DNA of 64,000 nt, from positions 42,302 through 106,301 of the forward strand of contig DDXR01000049.1 in the NCBI GenBank assembly GCA_002347565.1, read 5' to 3'. Below are positions 58,357-64,000 of the stretch, piece after piece. This DNA is from a bacterium UBP2_UBA2255. Lineage in GTDB: Bacteria > Edwardsbacteria > AC1 > EtOH8. The translations under genes and the position numbers were made by a program. Numbering within the stretch: the first letter of the stretch is position 1; each line of letters starts with the position of its first letter. The notes beneath the pieces are model-generated. The model was not told where the DNA came from, searched no databases, and worked only from the letters and a program-made list of their open reading frames with translations.

Positions 58357-58905
58357 ATGGCACTTGCAGACGCGATAGCTGCTGGCAGGGTGGCGGGCCT
58401 CAAGGGCGCGTTCCTGGTGCCGGCCGGCGGCGACATCCAGGCGCAGGGCTGCGACCAGTCGGCCGCGACCCCCAGCGCCGAGCTGGCCCGCCAGATCCAG
58501 GACATCGTCGGCCTGCCGACGCTGGACACCGTGTGGCTCGCCGCCGAGGGCGGCATCGCCGGCCTGCGGCTGGCCGCCGGGGCGACGGCCGGGGTGCTGC
58601 TGGGGCCGGACGGGGCGGCCGGGCCCGCCCGCAAGCTGCTGGACGCGTTGCTGGCAGCCCCGGCGGCCGGAACGGGCGGCGGCGACGCCATCAACCAGAT
58701 CCGCAAGGTCGCCACCGAGTACCTCACCGACTTCGCCGAGACCGCGCTGATGATCCAGATCAAGCAGTCGGGTCTGGACGAGAAGAACCCCAGCCCCGAA
58801 AGCCTGGCCAAGCTGGCCGGCGGCCTGGAGAAGGCGGCGCTGATGATCATCGGCCCCTCGCGAGCCAAGGAGATGGGCGAGAGGCTGAAGAAGGCGATAT
58901 CATGA
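58357..58905 (+). CDS. hypothetical soluble protein (Gly/Ala-rich N-terminal half, possibly roadblock-like; helical C-terminus)
   Basis: Starts 2 nt after the preceding stop; no family recognised. Confidence 0.4.
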   Translation: MALADAIAAGRVAGLKGAFLVPAGGDIQAQGCDQSAATPSAELARQIQDIVGLPTLDTVWLAAEGGIAGLRLAAGATAGVLLGPDGAAGPARKLLDALLAAPAAGTGGGDAINQIRKVATEYLTDFAETALMIQIKQSGLDEKNPSPESLAKLAGGLEKAALMIIGPSRAKEMGERLKKAIS

Positions 58906-58998
58906 TGCGGGACGCGGATCGACGCAGATCATATCGATCGGTTGTCCCGGCCGTCCGAACAGCGGATGTCTGCGTGAATCAGCGTCCGGAAGTGTCGG

Positions 58999-59322
58999 AT
59001 GAATAGGCTGGCCGTCATCACCGACAGCGGCACCGCCACCGGGTTCCGGATGGCGGGGGTGGACACCTTCGAGGTCGCCTCCGAACCGCAGCTCCAGGCC
59101 AAGCTGGCCGAGCTGATCGCGACGGGCGACTACGGGCTGATCGCCGTCAACCAAGACCTGGCGGCGGACCTGGGCGAGGAGGTCGACCGCATCATGAAGA
59201 ATCGCGCCCTGCCGGTGATCCTGCCGTTCCCGGTGCCCAAGGGCGGGACGGTGGAGAGCGGCGAGGCCTACCTCAATAAGCTGGTCAAGGACGCCATCGG
59301 GTTCTACGTCAAGCTGAAGTGA
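58999..59322 (+). CDS. atpF: A/V-type ATP synthase subunit F
   Basis: 107 aa with VITDSGTATGFRMAGV and LPVILPFP motifs matching Thermus/Enterococcus subunit F. Confidence 0.8.
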   Translation: MNRLAVITDSGTATGFRMAGVDTFEVASEPQLQAKLAELIATGDYGLIAVNQDLAADLGEEVDRIMKNRALPVILPFPVPKGGTVESGEAYLNKLVKDAIGFYVKLK

Positions 59323-59336
59323 CCGCGGTGAAATCG

Positions 59337-59807
59337 ATGACGTTCCTGGGATACCTCTTCGTCGCGTGCTGCTTCGCCGGTTGCAGCAAGGACCCGGCCG
59401 CGCCTGGAGCGACCCCCACGTTGGACACTGCCACGCTGACGGATTCCCTGCATGCAGTCGCCATCGGCATGTCGCGCCGGGAATGCCAGATCGACATCCA
59501 GCTGGCGTATTCGATCAATCGTTACCCGCTGATCAAGGCCGGCTCCGACTCGGATATGGTGACCGTCTACCTGCACAACGGCAAGGCGATATCGACCGAC
59601 ACCCCATACAACGCTGGCGCGATCGTCAGGCAGGATTACCGGAACGGTGACCTCCTGGCGAGATCGGTGCAAGGGGGATGGGGCTCGGACACGACGGCAC
59701 ACGTCCTGATGGCTTCCGATACCCTGACCACCATCGACAGTGCCACGGTCGACGTGTGGTGGTGGTTTGATGGCGGCCGCCAGGTGCACCACCGGCTTTT
59801 CCCGTAG
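59337..59807 (+). CDS. hypothetical lipoprotein
   Basis: Signal peptide with FAGCS lipobox; no family recognised; ORF extends to GTG 59319. Confidence 0.45.
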   Translation: MTFLGYLFVACCFAGCSKDPAAPGATPTLDTATLTDSLHAVAIGMSRRECQIDIQLAYSINRYPLIKAGSDSDMVTVYLHNGKAISTDTPYNAGAIVRQDYRNGDLLARSVQGGWGSDTTAHVLMASDTLTTIDSATVDVWWWFDGGRQVHHRLFP

Positions 59808-59851
59808 ACCACAGCACAGCAACCATCGAATATATCCTTCGGGGAGAACCT

Positions 59852-61594
<1,743 letters not shown>

Positions 61595-61680
61595 CTGCCG
61601 ACGAACGGTATCCACTATATCGTAGACGCTATCCAGTAGAGGATACTGAGTAGTGAATACTGAATAGGGAAGGCAACAGT

Positions 61681-62595
61681 ATGCGTTTAGTCACCCGCTC
61701 CGATTTCGACGGTTTGATCTGCGGCGTCCTGCTGCAGGAGGCCGGCATCGTCGACTCGTCCCTGTTCGTCCACCCCAAGGACGTCCAGGACGGCAAGGTC
61801 GAGGTCACGGCCAACGACGTGCTGGCCAACGTGCCCTACGCCAAGGGCTGCGGCCTGTGGTTCGACCACCACATGTCCGAGGAGGAGCGCGCCGCCTTCC
61901 CCCACGACTTCAAGGGCGCGTCCCTGCCGGCGAAGAGCTGCGCCCGGGTGATCTACGAGTACTACGGCGGCCGGGAGAAATTCCCGCGGTTCGAGGACAT
62001 GCTCAAGGCGGTGGACAAGTCCGACTCCGGCGGCCTGTCGCTGGAGGAGGTGGCCCAGCCCACCGGCTGGCTGCTGCTGGCCTTCCTGATGGACCCGCGC
62101 ACCGGCCTGGGCCGCTTCTCGGACTACCGCATCAGCAACCTGCAGCTGATGCAGGACCTGATGGAGCGATGCCGCACCATGGCGATCGCCGAGATCCTGG
62201 AGCTGCCCGACGTCACGGAGCGGATCAGGCGCTACCGCGAGTCGGAGTGGCTCTACAAGGAGATGATCAAGAGCAACGCCAAGGTCCACGGCAACGTGCT
62301 GGTGGTGGACCTGCGCAACGTGGAGAACATCGCCACCGGCAACCGCTTCGTGGAGTACGGCATGTTCCCGGCCATCAACATCTCGGTGCGGGTGATGTGG
62401 GGCGTCAAGAAGCAGAACGTGGTGTTCGCCGTGGGACACAGCATCCTCAACCGCACCTCCAAGACCAACGTCGGCTCGCTGATGCTGAAGCACAACGGCG
62501 GCGGCCATCCCAAGGTGGGCACCTGCCAGGTGCCGACCGACCAGGCCGACGCGGTGCTGGCCGAGCTGGTCAGGAAGATGAACGCCGACGGCTGA
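61681..62595 (+). CDS. DHH-family phosphoesterase (DHH + DHHA1-like, GGGH motif)
   Basis: DFDGLICGVLL (DxD), LWFDHHM (DHH), MLKHNGGGHPKVGTCQV (GGGH) motifs. Confidence 0.7.
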   Translation: MRLVTRSDFDGLICGVLLQEAGIVDSSLFVHPKDVQDGKVEVTANDVLANVPYAKGCGLWFDHHMSEEERAAFPHDFKGASLPAKSCARVIYEYYGGREKFPRFEDMLKAVDKSDSGGLSLEEVAQPTGWLLLAFLMDPRTGLGRFSDYRISNLQLMQDLMERCRTMAIAEILELPDVTERIRRYRESEWLYKEMIKSNAKVHGNVLVVDLRNVENIATGNRFVEYGMFPAINISVRVMWGVKKQNVVFAVGHSILNRTSKTNVGSLMLKHNGGGHPKVGTCQVPTDQADAVLAELVRKMNADG

Positions 62596-62607
62596 GGGGC
62601 CTCCCGA

Positions 62608-62946
62608 ATGACCGGTCCAGACCACGATACTTTCCGCACACTGTACAAGATCGTCGGGGGCCTCGATAAAAAATTCCCCGGCGGGAACGACCCGTTCCGG
62701 ATCTTGTCCCGCCTGATGGAGGAATCCGGGGAACTGGCGAGCGAGATACACCACTTCGAGGGCCTGAAACGCCATCGCCGGCAGGACCCGCCGGACAAGG
62801 GCCATCTCGCGAAGGAGTGCATGGACATCTTCACCGCGGTGCTCCATATCGCGAAGCACTACGGGATCGAAAAAGAGCTGTCCGCCCGGATCGACAAGCA
62901 CTACCGCATGGTCATTTCCGAGGGATTGGTCGAACCTCTTGAATGA
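62608..62946 (+). CDS. MazG-like nucleotide pyrophosphohydrolase (small all-alpha NTP-PPase)
   Basis: EExGELA.E motif (LMEESGELASEIHHFEG) and downstream acidic helix (LAKECMDIFTAVLHIAKHYGI). Confidence 0.6.
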   Translation: MTGPDHDTFRTLYKIVGGLDKKFPGGNDPFRILSRLMEESGELASEIHHFEGLKRHRRQDPPDKGHLAKECMDIFTAVLHIAKHYGIEKELSARIDKHYRMVISEGLVEPLE

Positions 62947-63061
62947 TGTATGTTTTCAGGCTGAACCATGACCACGATACTATGCGGCATTCTATTTCTG
63001 ACGAGCTATCGTTGCATCGCAGCGTAGCGATCGACTGAACGACTACAGATTTGGAACTACA

Positions 63062-63508
63062 ATGGCACCGTTCAACAAGACCAAGAAATTCGGCAAGCCG
63101 TCCTTCAGCCGGCCGGACAGCCGGGCCCCGCGGAAGTTCGGCGCCGGACCGCGCCCGGCGGGCGGGCCCAAACGCTTCGGCGGGGGGCCGCGCGCAGCGG
63201 GCGCCCGGACGTTCGGCAAGCCGCCCTTCGACAAACAGCTGTTCAAGGCCACCTGCGCCAGCTGCGGCAATCCCTGCGAGGTGCCGTTCCGGCCGTCCGG
63301 CGAGAAGCCGGTCTACTGCCGCGACTGTTTCCGCCGGCAGGAGGGCGACGGCCCGGCACGCCCCGCGTTCCGCCGCGACGACGCGCCCCGGCCGATGCGC
63401 CCCGCGTTCCGCCGTCCCGAGCCGGCCGGCCCCGGCAACCTGGAGAAGGAGCTGGAGCGCATCAACCTCAAGCTGGACCGGATCCTGCGGGCACTAGAAG
63501 GCAATTGA
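63062..63508 (+). CDS. Arg/Gly-rich basic protein with C4 zinc ribbon (CxxC-x17-CxxC)
   Basis: N-terminal repeats FGKP/FGAGPRP/FGGGPRA, CASCGNPCEVPFRPSGEKPVYCRDC zinc ribbon, C-terminal helix. Confidence 0.5.
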   Translation: MAPFNKTKKFGKPSFSRPDSRAPRKFGAGPRPAGGPKRFGGGPRAAGARTFGKPPFDKQLFKATCASCGNPCEVPFRPSGEKPVYCRDCFRRQEGDGPARPAFRRDDAPRPMRPAFRRPEPAGPGNLEKELERINLKLDRILRALEGN

Positions 63509-63524
63509 TTCATAAGGAACCGAC

Positions 63525-64000
63525 ATGGACCTGACCACCAAGAAATACCAGAGCATCTCCTACGTCTCCGGGCCGCTGTTGTTCGTCGACAACGCCAAGG
63601 GCCTGTCCTACGGCGCCATCGTCGAGATCGAGCTGCCCGACGGGTCGACCAAGGGCGGCCAGACCATCGAGGTCTCGGAGAAATACGCCGTGATCCAGGT
63701 GTTCGAGGAGACCCGCGGCCTGGACCTGGCCAAGAGCTCGGTGTCCCTCAAGGAGGACGTGGCCCGGATCCCGGTGAGCCGCGACATGATCGGCCGCCGC
63801 TTCAACGGACTGGGCGAGCCCATCGACGGCCTGCCGCCGATCGTGCCCGAGCAGCGCCTGGCCATCATCGGCGAGCCGATGAACCCCACCTCGCGGGCCA
63901 AGCCCGAGGCCTTCATCCAGACCGGCATCTCCACCATCGACGGCTTCGCCACCCTGGTGCGCGGACAGAAGCTGCCGATATTCTCCGGCGCCGGCCTGCC
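63525..64000 (+). CDS. atpB: A/V-type ATP synthase subunit B, N-terminal 158 codons (3' end outside window)
   Basis: Manual translation MDLTTKKYQSISYVSGPLLFVDNAKGLSYGAIVEI...GQKLPIFSGAGLP closely matches V-type B subunits; not in supplied ORF table because it runs off the window. Confidence 0.9.
   Translation, partial: MDLTTKKYQSISYVSGPLLFVDNAKGLSYGAIVEIELPDGSTKGGQTIEVSEKYAVIQVFEETRGLDLAKSSVSLKEDVARIPVSRDMIGRRFNGLGEPIDGLPPIVPEQRLAIIGEPMNPTSRAKPEAFIQTGISTIDGFATLVRGQKLPIFSGAGL

Noticed and set aside
63608-63952. 114-aa minus-strand ORF near window end
   Set aside because: It overlaps the + strand N-terminus of V-ATPase subunit B, which translates cleanly from ATG 63525 to the window edge.

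Overview
This is a 64-kb, high-GC (about 68-70%) bacterial chromosomal segment. Every gene I can support, about 65 CDS and one tRNA, lies on the + strand. I found no rRNA, CRISPR array, transposase or integrase.

Layout, 5' to 3':
(1) nt 1-3290: the 3' part of a thymidine/pyrimidine-nucleoside phosphorylase gene, a YdfG-like SDR dehydrogenase, an RmlC-family cupin epimerase and an L-2-hydroxyglutarate-oxidase-like FAD oxidoreductase.
(2) nt ~3300-34250: a ~31-kb surface-polysaccharide (O-antigen/EPS-type) biosynthesis locus.
- Export and polymerisation: a Wza-like exporter, two Wzz-like co-polymerases, two Wzx flippases, two Wzy-like polymerases plus an O-antigen-ligase (Wzy_C) protein, and a WbaP/WcaJ-like initiating phosphotransferase.
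- Glycosyltransferases: at least seven GT4, one GT2 and one GT9.
- Sugar modification: GDP-fucose synthase (fcl), an NAD-dependent epimerase, the dTDP-Fuc4NAc pair WecE/WecD, an AsnB-type amidotransferase, three methyltransferases, and a KASIII(FabH-like) / ACP / hexapeptide-acyltransferase trio.
- nt ~4.7-12.5 kb inside this locus is markedly AT-richer than the flanks and carries its own wzz/wzy/wzx/GT/methyltransferase set plus a glycosyltransferase gene fragment with an in-frame amber stop. It looks like a laterally acquired serotype cassette.
(3) nt 34.3-47.8 kb: housekeeping genes hisC-cmk-plsC-ispH-rpsA, then a secreted S8 subtilase carrying a T9SS-type C-terminal sorting domain with an adjacent lipoprotein, then ispG, a polytopic membrane protein, birA, coaX and RNase G.
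(4) nt 48078-48164: tRNA-Leu(GAG) with its own sigma70-like promoter.
(5) nt 48.3-50.3 kb: a TPR protein, a J-domain/TPR protein and a roadblock/LC7 protein.
(6) nt 50.3-64.0 kb: an A/V-type ATPase operon in Thermus-like order (G-like, I, K, E, C, F, A, B; the B gene runs off the window). It is interrupted three times by non-ATPase genes:
- a six-gene block between C and F (an FN3-like bitopic protein, three polytopic membrane proteins, two small roadblock-like proteins);
- a lipoprotein gene between F and A;
- a DHH phosphoesterase, a MazG-like NTP pyrophosphohydrolase and an Arg/Gly-rich zinc-ribbon protein between A and B.

Two intergenic regions look like structured non-coding RNAs. One (~190 nt, nt ~3395-3584) has a promoter with an operator-like palindrome and an intrinsic terminator, and lies upstream of the polysaccharide locus. 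The other (~180 nt, nt 41877-42056) is closed by a perfect 13-bp helix and lies upstream of ispG.

Lineage cannot be fixed from this window. T9SS sorting domain, classical -35/-10 promoters, AGGAGG ribosome-binding sites, V-type ATPase and high GC together suggest a high-GC member of, or neighbour to, the FCB superphylum (Gemmatimonadota-like), but this is inference only.
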